This document shows positions 56,697 to 64,000 of a stretch of 64,000 bases of DNA, one piece after another (the stretch's first letter is position 1; the number at the start of each line of letters is the position of its first letter). Origin of the DNA: a virus; the IMG/VR virus record IMGVR_UViG_3300045988_183796; one strand, given 5' to 3'. Both the position numbers and the translations under genes were made by a program. Below the pieces are notes generated by a model. The model was not told the DNA's origin and made no database searches. It saw only the letters and a list, made by a program, of their open reading frames with translations.

Positions 56697-57017
56697 ATGA
56701 ACACCAGTATCTTGAAACTTGAAGCCAGCGTGATTCGCCCCAAAGATTTTGACGAACTCGACGGTCTTGCTGCTTCCATCAGCTTCCCCGTCGAATACGA
56801 TGATGAGGCAATCGGTGAGGCTCTGGCCGACCAGGACCTGATGGCCTATGTCGTCGGTGAGCTGCATGACCTCGTTGTCCGTATGCGCCCCGAATGGCAG
56901 GATAACGAAGATACCAGCCTGACTATCAAGGCATTCCTGGACGAAGCCGAGTGCCAGACGCTCAAGGGCCTTGTCGCAATGAAAGAGGACAGCTACACCT
57001 TCGTCATTGAGGGCTAA
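56697..57017 (+). CDS. Acidic small protein, family A paralog 3
   Basis: RBS AAAAGGAGATATTCCCA. Aligns with 54707-55027. Confidence 0.55.
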   Translation: MNTSILKLEASVIRPKDFDELDGLAASISFPVEYDDEAIGEALADQDLMAYVVGELHDLVVRMRPEWQDNEDTSLTIKAFLDEAECQTLKGLVAMKEDSYTFVIEG

Positions 57018-57350
57018 TAGCTAAAAGAACAAGTGAAAACCCTGCTCGCAGTAAAATGCGGGCGGGGTCTTTTTTTGTTTGACAAGGTGTGCGAGATGGC
57101 TATGATGATTATTGTATCAAAGATACCACTTACCTTCATTTTTAACATTCCGCTTTTGCAAGGACAGCCTCATTCCGAGGTTGTCCTTTTTCTTTTGCGT
57201 AACTCTCCACGGAAACACTTGTCCCCGTGTTTAACATAAATCCGCAAGCTGCTCTAAATTTTGGAACAGCTTAGTCAATTCAAATCGTACGAAAGTACGA
57301 AAACACTACGCAAACATTCTGCGTAGACTGTAAAAAAAGGAGTAATAATT

Positions 57351-57848
57351 ATGAAGTTCGAAAATCTTTACATCCGTGCCACCCGTCATGGCAGCCAGGA
57401 ACCCACCGAAATCAACCTTGCGGATGCCCTGAAGCTTCTCGGCATCCTTGACGCAGCCAACATAGCTCACTTTGACCTTGTGGTCAAGGACGAGAACGGC
57501 TGCGAAATCGCCGCCCAGGTCGATGGCGAAGGCGTCCTTTCGGACGGAATCAACATCGAAGGCGTGAACGAAGCTGGTGAACCTACCGGTTTTGCCCACG
57601 TCGCTCTCCCCAGTGAGGATTGCCCTCACATTGTCACCGAAATCCTGTGAGGCGACGGTGACACCGAAGACCTTGACCATCCGGTTCTCGTGCGCGTCCC
57701 TGACTGCGTGCGTGCCGAAGGGGACAAGAGTCTCCGCAAGGTGTACTTCGACAAGGAAGTTGCGAGTGCAACTGGCTTCAACACGGAGGAAGACCAGTCC
57801 AAGCTCAACGCATCCACCGTGGATGAGTACGCCCTCATGAAGAAGTGA
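57351..57848 (+). pseudogene. Acidic protein ORF interrupted by an in-frame TGA at 57648-57650 (recoding/readthrough candidate or nonsense pseudogene)
   Basis: RBS AAAAAAGGAGTAATAATT before ATG 57351. After the TGA the same frame stays open for 65 more codons (GDGDTEDLDHPVLVRVPDCVRAEGDKSLRKVYFDKEVASATGFNTEEDQSKLNASTVDEYALMKK), with similar acidic composition and codon usage. Confidence 0.45.
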
Positions 57849-57959
57849 TTCTTCATTTTTTCCAAACGTTGCCTTTAAGCTTTGTTTCTAGCTGCAGTAT
57901 GAATCAAGGTTAAAATGGCCTGGCTTGAAAGTCGTTCACCTTTTGGTGAGCGGCTTTTT

Positions 57960-58030
57960 CTTTTTGCTCATTTGCGTAGCTGCGCTTCTTTGTTGTTGGA
58001 ACCGTAGGTGCCAGGATGCGTAGCTGCCAG
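57960..58030. repeat. CGTAG-core repeat cluster (GCGTAGCTGC x2 and ACCGTAGGTGCC)
   Basis: ttgcgtagctgcg, aaccgtaggtgcc and atgcgtagctgcc. Same motif family as the clusters flanking the IscB locus. Confidence 0.55.
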
Positions 58031-58036
58031 TATGAC

Positions 58037-58064
58037 TTGACCTGATGTGCGAATCTTATACAAT
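58037..58064 (+). promoter_or_regulatory. Regulon promoter driving a short transcript
   Basis: TTGACC-tgatGTGCGAATctta-TACAAT. A second regulon promoter lies 90 nt downstream. Confidence 0.5.
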
Positions 58065-58142
58065 CAGATTTGTACGAGAGATACTATTCACACAATAGGA
58101 TTCACACGAAGCTGCTCGGGAGCCGTATGGCTGCTGGGTGGC

Positions 58143-58170
58143 TTTTTCTTTTGTGCGAGTTGCGTACAAT
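58143..58170 (+). promoter_or_regulatory. Regulon promoter (weak -35) for the lipoprotein / macro / MazG operon
   Basis: ttttGTGCGAGTtgcg-TACAAT. Confidence 0.45.
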
Positions 58171-58194
58171 ATAAATCAAACGGAGGAAATTACC

Positions 58195-58602
58195 ATGAAA
58201 AAATTTATTGAAACTGCTTTGGCATTATGCTGCCTGGCTATGCCTTTGGCTGGCTGTGAGGACGCAATCAGCACTGTGACAAGTACTACGATGTCTGAAC
58301 TCGAAGATATCCCGGGTCAGATATTGTCTACACCAGAAAGTGCTGAGACAGTACCGGAATACAATTACATTCATTTTCGCTACGACAACATTTGGACCGT
58401 ATCCGCTCTCGTAAGCTACGAAATCGTGGACAACGGGCAAAACATCAAATTTGAAATCAGTGATAGCCGTTACCGAGACAAGGTTTTCTATACCAGCATG
58501 TCGAATGTAGAGCTCGTATACCGAGACAATAACGTTGATTATGGCACAGACTATGCTATTTATCCAGGGAATGCTTCGAAATTTGGAAAGGGGAGTAAGT
58601 GA
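58195..58602 (+). CDS. Lipoprotein
   Basis: Signal peptide plus lipobox LAMPLAGCE. RBS AACGGAGGAAATTACC. Confidence 0.55.
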   Translation: MKKFIETALALCCLAMPLAGCEDAISTVTSTTMSELEDIPGQILSTPESAETVPEYNYIHFRYDNIWTVSALVSYEIVDNGQNIKFEISDSRYRDKVFYTSMSNVELVYRDNNVDYGTDYAIYPGNASKFGKGSK

Positions 58603-58603
58603 G

Positions 58604-59080
58604 ATGAGCGTGAAATTCATTGACGGCGATATCCTTTCCAAACGTTCTGAAGACGAACTGACCTACATCTGCCAGCAGGTAAATTGCCGTGGCGTGATGG
58701 GAGCCGGGCTCGCTCTGCAAATCCGAAACAAGTGGCCGGTCGTGTATCGGCGTTATCTGGGGCTCTGCTACGGCAGCGACGGAAACAAGCTCGGAATGTA
58801 TCAGGAGGTTTTGGTTGGACCGAAGCTGTATATTGTGAATTTGTTCGGTCAGGATGGCTATGGTCGGAGCGAAAGACAGACGAATTACGCTGCACTCGCA
58901 GCTGCGCTGTTCTCGTTTTTTAAGGACTGTGCCCAAAAGAATCGGGACGCAACCATCCGGCTGCCATATGGTTTAGGCTGCGGCCTTGCTGGGGGTGACT
59001 GGAACATGGTTCTCACCATCATCAGCGATGCGGCTAAAGCCTCAAACCTGAATGTCGAGATTTGGAAACTTCAGAAATAA
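58604..59080 (+). CDS. Macro-domain protein (ADP-ribose binding/hydrolase)
   Basis: ICQQVNCRGVMGAGLALQI, NLFGQDGYG and LPYGLGCGLAGGDW are macro-domain signatures. RBS AAAGGGGAGTAAGTGAG. Confidence 0.75.
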   Translation: MSVKFIDGDILSKRSEDELTYICQQVNCRGVMGAGLALQIRNKWPVVYRRYLGLCYGSDGNKLGMYQEVLVGPKLYIVNLFGQDGYGRSERQTNYAALAAALFSFFKDCAQKNRDATIRLPYGLGCGLAGGDWNMVLTIISDAAKASNLNVEIWKLQK

Positions 59081-59090
59081 TAGCAAAAAA

Positions 59091-59126
59091 GCCCTTACCG
59101 AAAACGGTAGGGGTCTTTCTTTTTTG
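59091..59126 (+). terminator. Intrinsic terminator
   Basis: gcccttaccgaaaacggtaggggtc followed by a T-run. Confidence 0.7.
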
Positions 59127-59220
59127 TAGGGACATAAATATGTACAGATTGCAAACAAATAGCACCTGCTGTTGCGGGAAAAGCACGATAGTGAGATAAT
59201 ATTCTTTGAAGGAGCCGAGA

Positions 59221-59640
59221 ATGAACGAGAAACCGCAAACACCTGTCGTGAGCTGCGCATGCCGCTGCGGCGCTGTAAACTGGGAGGAGCATAAGCCTAT
59301 GATGTACCAGAAATTAGTTCGGGACAACATCCCGGCAATTATCGAAAAGAGCGGTGAGACCTGTGTAACCCGTAAGCTGTCCGACAAGGAGTATGAAGAC
59401 GCTCTGGTAGAAAAATTACAGGAAGAAGTAAAGGAGCTGTTGGAAGCGTACACCTCCAAGGAACGGAGCGTTCTGGACTGTGCTGAGGAAATGGCAGATG
59501 TGATGGAGGTCCTGTACGCTATGGGTAAGACCTGCGCTGTTTCCAAGCGGGAAATAGAACAGGTTCGAAGCCAGAAGGCAGCAGAGAAGGGAACTTTTTC
59601 CAAAAAAGTCTTCTTGGTATCAACGGAAAAGCACACCTAA
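59221..59640 (+). CDS. MazG-like nucleoside triphosphate pyrophosphohydrolase
   Basis: KLVRDNIPAII, EELLEA and EEMADVMEVL are MazG/PRA-PH-like signatures. RBS GAAGGAGCCGAGA. Confidence 0.7.
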   Translation: MNEKPQTPVVSCACRCGAVNWEEHKPMMYQKLVRDNIPAIIEKSGETCVTRKLSDKEYEDALVEKLQEEVKELLEAYTSKERSVLDCAEEMADVMEVLYAMGKTCAVSKREIEQVRSQKAAEKGTFSKKVFLVSTEKHT

Positions 59641-59653
59641 GAGGAGGCACACA

Positions 59654-60073
59654 GTGAATCAAGATGAAGCGTTGCTGATTCGGAAACTGATTTTCGCAAA
59701 AAACAGCCAAGACATTACGCACTTTTCTCGCCTCATGGACGAAATTGCACAAGCATTTGAACAGCAAGGTGATAGAGAAAGCGCTCGTGCTATTCTTCAG
59801 ACTCTTCATAACGGTTACGTCCAGTCGTACTTTGAACTAGGTAGGCAGGTACAACCAGAAGGATGCCCGTATGTAACCTACGAGCCTGCATATACAATCG
59901 AATACAGAGATATGGCGCTACGAATGGCACGGGAATCCACGCGACCCATGCGTGTGCGACATATTTTAGAGTATGTAGAGTGCGGCAATGTTGTAGCCAA
60001 AGATGTTCTGGAATATGACAGAAACACGGAAAAGTGGGTTCGGATTGAAAATGAATGTGTCGCGTTGACATAA
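59654..60073 (+). CDS. Hypothetical protein
   Basis: GTG start after GAGGAGGCACACA. Confidence 0.5.
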   Translation: MNQDEALLIRKLIFAKNSQDITHFSRLMDEIAQAFEQQGDRESARAILQTLHNGYVQSYFELGRQVQPEGCPYVTYEPAYTIEYRDMALRMARESTRPMRVRHILEYVECGNVVAKDVLEYDRNTEKWVRIENECVALT

Positions 60074-60093
60074 AATAGCAAGGAAGTGATATA

Positions 60094-61101
60094 GTGACCA
60101 ATGTAGAATTGAAAGCAATTTTCCAACGCGAAGAATACGATTTTTTACGTACCAACAAACATCTGGGAGATAACATCCTGTTTTTGACCGTCGGCGGCAG
60201 CCATGCTTACGGAACCAACGTTGAAGGCTCTGACATCGATATCCGTGGCGTGGCAGGCTCGCCTGAAATTTTGGGATTCAATCATTTTGAGCAGGCAATC
60301 GATAACCAAACGGATACCGTCATCTACGCGGTCAACAAATTCGTCAGTTTGCTTGTGCAGGGCAACCCCAACATTATCGAACTTCTTGGCAATGACCCGG
60401 AGTTGTACGTTAATATGACACCGGAAGGCCAAATGCTGCTTGACAATCGGACACTGTTCTTGACGCGGCGTATTGCCTACAGCTACGGCGGCTTTGCAAA
60501 CGACCAGCTCAGACGCCTGCAGATGGGCCTTCTTCGGAATGGGACCTCGCCGGAAGCATTTAAGAACAAATTTGAGAAGAGGAGCCTGGAACGGTCGATT
60601 GCCGGTTGGGGTAAGGATGACATTTTTGAAATCTCCATCAGCGAAGATGCGGATGAAGAAGGCAAACATCCGCTCCTGATTTCCGGCAATTTGAACGATT
60701 ATCCGGTCATCTCTCTCAAGTCCCTGCTAAAGAGTCTGACTACGACCATCGACCAGTATGAGCAGCCGCAGCATCCGAAAGCACAAAAAGATGCTGCCCA
60801 CATCAACAAACACGCGATGCACATTGTGCGGTTGTACTACACGGCGTTCGATATTCTGGAAAAAGGCGAGATTATCACTCACCGAGACAAGGAACGCGAG
60901 GAATTGTTGGCGATTCGCAACGGCAAGTACCTGCGTGAAGACGGGTCGTACGCACCCGAATTCTTTGAGTTTGTTGATGCGCTTGAAAAGAGATTTCAGG
61001 ATGACGTGAGGAAAACCTCTCTTCCTGCTAAGCCTGACTTTGGAAAAATTGAGGAGCTTCTGGTGGAAATCAACAAGTCATATTTGCGGCGTATCGTGTA
61101 A
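60094..61101 (+). CDS. Nucleotidyltransferase-domain protein (pol-beta superfamily)
   Basis: LFLTVGGSHAYGTNVEGSDIDIRGV matches the GS...D.D nucleotidyltransferase motif. Confidence 0.6.
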   Translation: MTNVELKAIFQREEYDFLRTNKHLGDNILFLTVGGSHAYGTNVEGSDIDIRGVAGSPEILGFNHFEQAIDNQTDTVIYAVNKFVSLLVQGNPNIIELLGNDPELYVNMTPEGQMLLDNRTLFLTRRIAYSYGGFANDQLRRLQMGLLRNGTSPEAFKNKFEKRSLERSIAGWGKDDIFEISISEDADEEGKHPLLISGNLNDYPVISLKSLLKSLTTTIDQYEQPQHPKAQKDAAHINKHAMHIVRLYYTAFDILEKGEIITHRDKEREELLAIRNGKYLREDGSYAPEFFEFVDALEKRFQDDVRKTSLPAKPDFGKIEELLVEINKSYLRRIV

Positions 61102-61217
61102 AGCGGAACACCAACGACAACAACCATCAAGGCTGTACAAGACTATGCGCTCATTCGCAAGTTGCGGGTGGGCGTTCTTTTTTGCCCAAAAAACAAAAAT
61201 AAACATAGTAAAAAGCC

Positions 61218-61245
61218 TTGCACATCTGTGCGAATCAGATATAAT
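61218..61245 (+). promoter_or_regulatory. Regulon promoter
   Basis: TTGCAC-atctGTGCGAATcaga-TATAAT. Confidence 0.55.
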
Positions 61246-61268
61246 AACCCTAATAAGATAAAAATTGT

Positions 61269-61314
61269 GCCCTGACGGCATCTGAATTGGATGCTGCCGG
61301 GGCTTTTTGTTTTT
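61269..61314 (+). terminator. Leader-embedded intrinsic terminator/attenuator between the promoter and the helicase gene
   Basis: gccctgacggcatctgaattggatgctgccggggc followed by TTTTTGTTTTT. Confidence 0.55.
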
Positions 61315-61329
61315 CAAGGAGATATGGCT

Positions 61330-64000
61330 ATGACACTGAACGACTTGTCAAGCGAACAGCAGGAGTTCGTACATTTGGCACTGTCGGGCAAGAACGTATT
61401 GTGTGACGCCTGCATTGGCAGCGGAAAAACATCTACCATCAATGTGCTCTGTGATGCGTACCCGCCAGAACGGCGTATTTTGTACTTGACCTATAACCGA
61501 CTGCTCAAACTGGATGCCAAAGACAAAATCAAGAATGGCAATGTCCTGGTTCAGAACTATCATGGATTTGCAAGCCTGCTACTGAACAAAAAGGGAATCC
61601 GGAATTGCGGACAGGGCGAACAGCTTGCCATGGTATTGGAAAAGAAAATTCCGATTCCGCCGATTGATACTCTTATCATTGACGAGTATCAGGATATCAA
61701 TGACGAGATTGCAGAACTGCTCAAATATATTCGTTCTCAGAATCCGGGCCTTCAAATCGTCGCAGTGGGCGATATGAAGCAGAAAATCTACGATGATACA
61801 GCACTGGATGTCTGGGAGTTTATGCAGGATTTTCTCGGCCGCCATGAACAGGTGGTTTTCACGAAATGCTTCCGTATTTCTCATGACTTGGCAGAACGAC
61901 TCGGCAATATCTGGGGCAAGACCATCAACGGCGTAAATGGTTCCTGCATCGTGGAACAGATGTCGGTCGATGAGGTGACGGAGTTTCTGAATAAACAAAA
62001 CCCGAAAGATGTTTTGTGTCTGGGCGCTCGAATCGGAGCTATGACAAAGGTGCTCAATGACCTGGAAAATCGCCCCGGAAACCTCTATGACAAGCATCAC
62101 GTCTATGCAAGTATCGCGGACAATGACGGGGATAAGGCGGTAGCACCCTCCTCGGATGTTGGTATCTTCACAACATTTGACGGCAGCAAAGGTATGGAGC
62201 GACCTATCTGTGTCGTGTTCGATTTCACTGAAGAATACTGGTCGTCCCGCACAAGCAAGCCGATGTCACGATATGAGATTCTTCGGAATCTGTTTTGTGT
62301 CGCAGCAAGCCGAGGAAAGCAGCGGATTATCTTCGTGAACTATGACCATCCGTTGAGCGATAAATCCCTGATGACTCCGACTGGAATGAATTGCGTGTTC
62401 CGGCATCCGTTTTCGTTCTCCGAGATGTTCGACCACAAATTCATCGAAGATGTGGATGCCTGCTATAAGCTGCTGGAAGTCACACCGATTGAACGCGATG
62501 ACAATACGACCATTGATGTACAAACAGCAGACGCAATGATTGATTTATCCCCCTGTATCAGTATCTACATGCAGGCGGGCTTCTTTAATTCCTATGATAT
62601 CGATGATGCACTCGCTTATTACATGGACCTACACAAGGACATGCAGTATTTGAAAATCAAGAAGGGTGCAACGGTCGAGGATAAGGTTCTGCTGCTCACG
62701 GCGCTTGAAACGAATCAGTGCCGGTATGTAAAACAGGTCAAGCCTCCTTTTGTGAACGCAAAAGCCAAAATGTCGCTCAGTATGCGGCTTGGCACCGTGT
62801 TCACTCCCGATGAGTATGTTCAGGCACGCGGAGATATCGACATCCATACTAATGACCATAAAGTGATTTATACTTCGGGCCTTGCGGATGTCGTAAAGAA
62901 CAACACCGTCTACTGCATCAAGTTCATCAGCAGTCTGGCACACAAGCATTTTCTGCAGTGTGCGTGTTCTATGATTGCGCTGGGTCTTCCATATGGCGTT
63001 GTCTGGAACGTGAAAAGTAACCTGATGTACAGCGTAAAAATCAAGGATAAGGACGCTCTGATTGACGCAATCCTCAAGTGCATCACGAAACGAGCTTACA
63101 ACGGCGCGGATTATTACACCTGCCGAAAAGGCTTTGTACAGGATACGGCATCGATTATCGACCGCTGGACTGACGACGGATATGCGGAAGAACCCACCGC
63201 CATCACTTCAGGCGACGGTATCGCCATCATCAAGCAAGGAACTCGCTATTTTGTGATGGACGGGGCACGCCGAAACACTCTGAACGATAATTTTGGGCTT
63301 GGTTTTGCCGATGTGAAAGACGCTTGTCTTGCTTATGCGAAGAGTTGCGAACTTCAAAAGACTGTGGACCATGATTCTCCTTATTCCGAAGTCGAGTTCT
63401 GGCTCGACCAGAACAAGGCGTTTGAGGAATACATGACTCAGGTAAGCCATGAAATCGAGCAGCACAAAGAAGGACCGTATGCAAAATACAAGTCTTTTGC
63501 TACGCCTGCTGTCCGAAAGATGCTGGCGGAAAAGGGACTTGCCATCACATTCCCGGAAAAAGCCCTCATCAAGGTCTGGAAAATGCGCCGCGCCGAAGAT
63601 GCCATGTATCAGAAAATCGAAGAAGCAAATAAGCAGAACAATTCCAATGTGCCGCTCGATGAGGCGTTCTTTGACTCTGAACTGGTGGATTCTGTTGAGG
63701 GAAATACCGAAAGTGCCAAGGCAAAAGCCAAACCCCAAAAGGAATCCGCATTGCCGTTTTCCAAGTACGGCGCAGATGAAAAGAAGAGTTACCGTGTCGT
63801 GAAGAGTCCTGAACTTTCAAAGCCCAATCAGCCGCGCTATGTTGTGGTCGAGACGGCTACCGATACGGTCCTGGACAACGCCAACGGATACGGATACCTC
63901 TCCTATCAGGCTGCCTGGAAAGGGTATTCGTACAAGAGCAAGCATCATCTGGATGGGGCAAAGAAGCCTATGAGCAAGAGCGCAAAAGAACGGGCTAAGA
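61330..64000 (+). CDS. UvrD/Rep-family SF1 helicase, 3'-partial (runs off the window end)
   Basis: Walker A CIGSGKTSTI. Motif II IDEYQDIN. The frame is open to nt 64000. RBS AAGGAGATATGGCT. Confidence 0.8.
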   Translation, partial: MTLNDLSSEQQEFVHLALSGKNVLCDACIGSGKTSTINVLCDAYPPERRILYLTYNRLLKLDAKDKIKNGNVLVQNYHGFASLLLNKKGIRNCGQGEQLAMVLEKKIPIPPIDTLIIDEYQDINDEIAELLKYIRSQNPGLQIVAVGDMKQKIYDDTALDVWEFMQDFLGRHEQVVFTKCFRISHDLAERLGNIWGKTINGVNGSCIVEQMSVDEVTEFLNKQNPKDVLCLGARIGAMTKVLNDLENRPGNLYDKHHVYASIADNDGDKAVAPSSDVGIFTTFDGSKGMERPICVVFDFTEEYWSSRTSKPMSRYEILRNLFCVAASRGKQRIIFVNYDHPLSDKSLMTPTGMNCVFRHPFSFSEMFDHKFIEDVDACYKLLEVTPIERDDNTTIDVQTADAMIDLSPCISIYMQAGFFNSYDIDDALAYYMDLHKDMQYLKIKKGATVEDKVLLLTALETNQCRYVKQVKPPFVNAKAKMSLSMRLGTVFTPDEYVQARGDIDIHTNDHKVIYTSGLADVVKNNTVYCIKFISSLAHKHFLQCACSMIALGLPYGVVWNVKSNLMYSVKIKDKDALIDAILKCITKRAYNGADYYTCRKGFVQDTASIIDRWTDDGYAEEPTAITSGDGIAIIKQGTRYFVMDGARRNTLNDNFGLGFADVKDACLAYAKSCELQKTVDHDSPYSEVEFWLDQNKAFEEYMTQVSHEIEQHKEGPYAKYKSFATPAVRKMLAEKGLAITFPEKALIKVWKMRRAEDAMYQKIEEANKQNNSNVPLDEAFFDSELVDSVEGNTESAKAKAKPQKESALPFSKYGADEKKSYRVVKSPELSKPNQPRYVVVETATDTVLDNANGYGYLSYQAAWKGYSYKSKHHLDGAKKPMSKSAKERAK

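Noticed and set aside
57577-57840. Alternative-frame ORF overlapping the TGA-interrupted gene
   Set aside because: Its product is an S/T/P/R low-complexity string. The frame carrying the upstream protein shows better coding character.
10885-61245. Reading GTGCGAAT as a -35 element of an alternative sigma factor
   Set aside because: It lies only 5 nt from the -10, and a TTGNNN hexamer sits 16-17 nt upstream of the -10 in nearly every instance. It is therefore a conserved spacer element within sigma70-like promoters.
1-64000. Search for CRISPR arrays, tRNA or rRNA genes, integrase or relaxase
   Set aside because: No regularly spaced repeat-spacer array, no tRNA-like cloverleaf regions, and no tyrosine or serine recombinase or relaxase motifs were recognised in this window.

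Overview
This 64 kb window looks like a segment of a Firmicutes-type mobile element (conjugative plasmid or ICE). GC is about 50% and ribosome-binding sites are GGAGG-like. Almost all genes are on the + strand, with three short minus-strand islands. I saw no rRNA, tRNA or CRISPR array.

From the left the window contains:
- a 5'-partial TraG/VirD4 coupling protein, a PrgI/VirB3-like membrane protein and a VirB4 ATPase, which together suggest a type IV secretion (T4SS) transfer module;
- a complete IscB (IS200/605 OMEGA-type RNA-guided nuclease) with a ~365-nt structured omega-RNA/HEARO-like scaffold directly upstream and no TnpA;
- a metallophosphoesterase, a NYN/PIN-like protein, a Y-family DNA polymerase cassette and tandem paralogous lipoproteins;
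- a minus-strand island holding an HD-domain protein with a large unknown partner and a Phd/YefM-PIN toxin-antitoxin pair;
- a second, iscB-less copy of the omega-RNA scaffold fused directly upstream of a flotillin / TelA-like / vWA operon;
- a PLD-like + SF3 NTPase fusion protein and a DEAD/DEAH helicase;
- a dense set of likely anti-defence and defence genes: NADAR, macro domain, MazG-like pyrophosphohydrolase, nucleotidyltransferase, an orphan N6A methyltransferase, an AT-rich insert and a DUF262-HNH nuclease;
- two families of small paralogous proteins;
- a 3'-partial UvrD-like SF1 helicase.

The strongest cross-cutting signal is a family of about 15 sigma70-like promoters that share a conserved spacer motif (TTGnnn-N4-TGTGCGAAT-N5-TAnAAT). 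Several of these are followed by leader-embedded intrinsic terminators. The window also contains iteron-like repeats, several other repeat families, and one ORF interrupted by an in-frame TGA.

Coordinates that I counted by hand (promoters, terminators, repeats) may be off by 1-3 nt. CDS coordinates are anchored to the ORF track.
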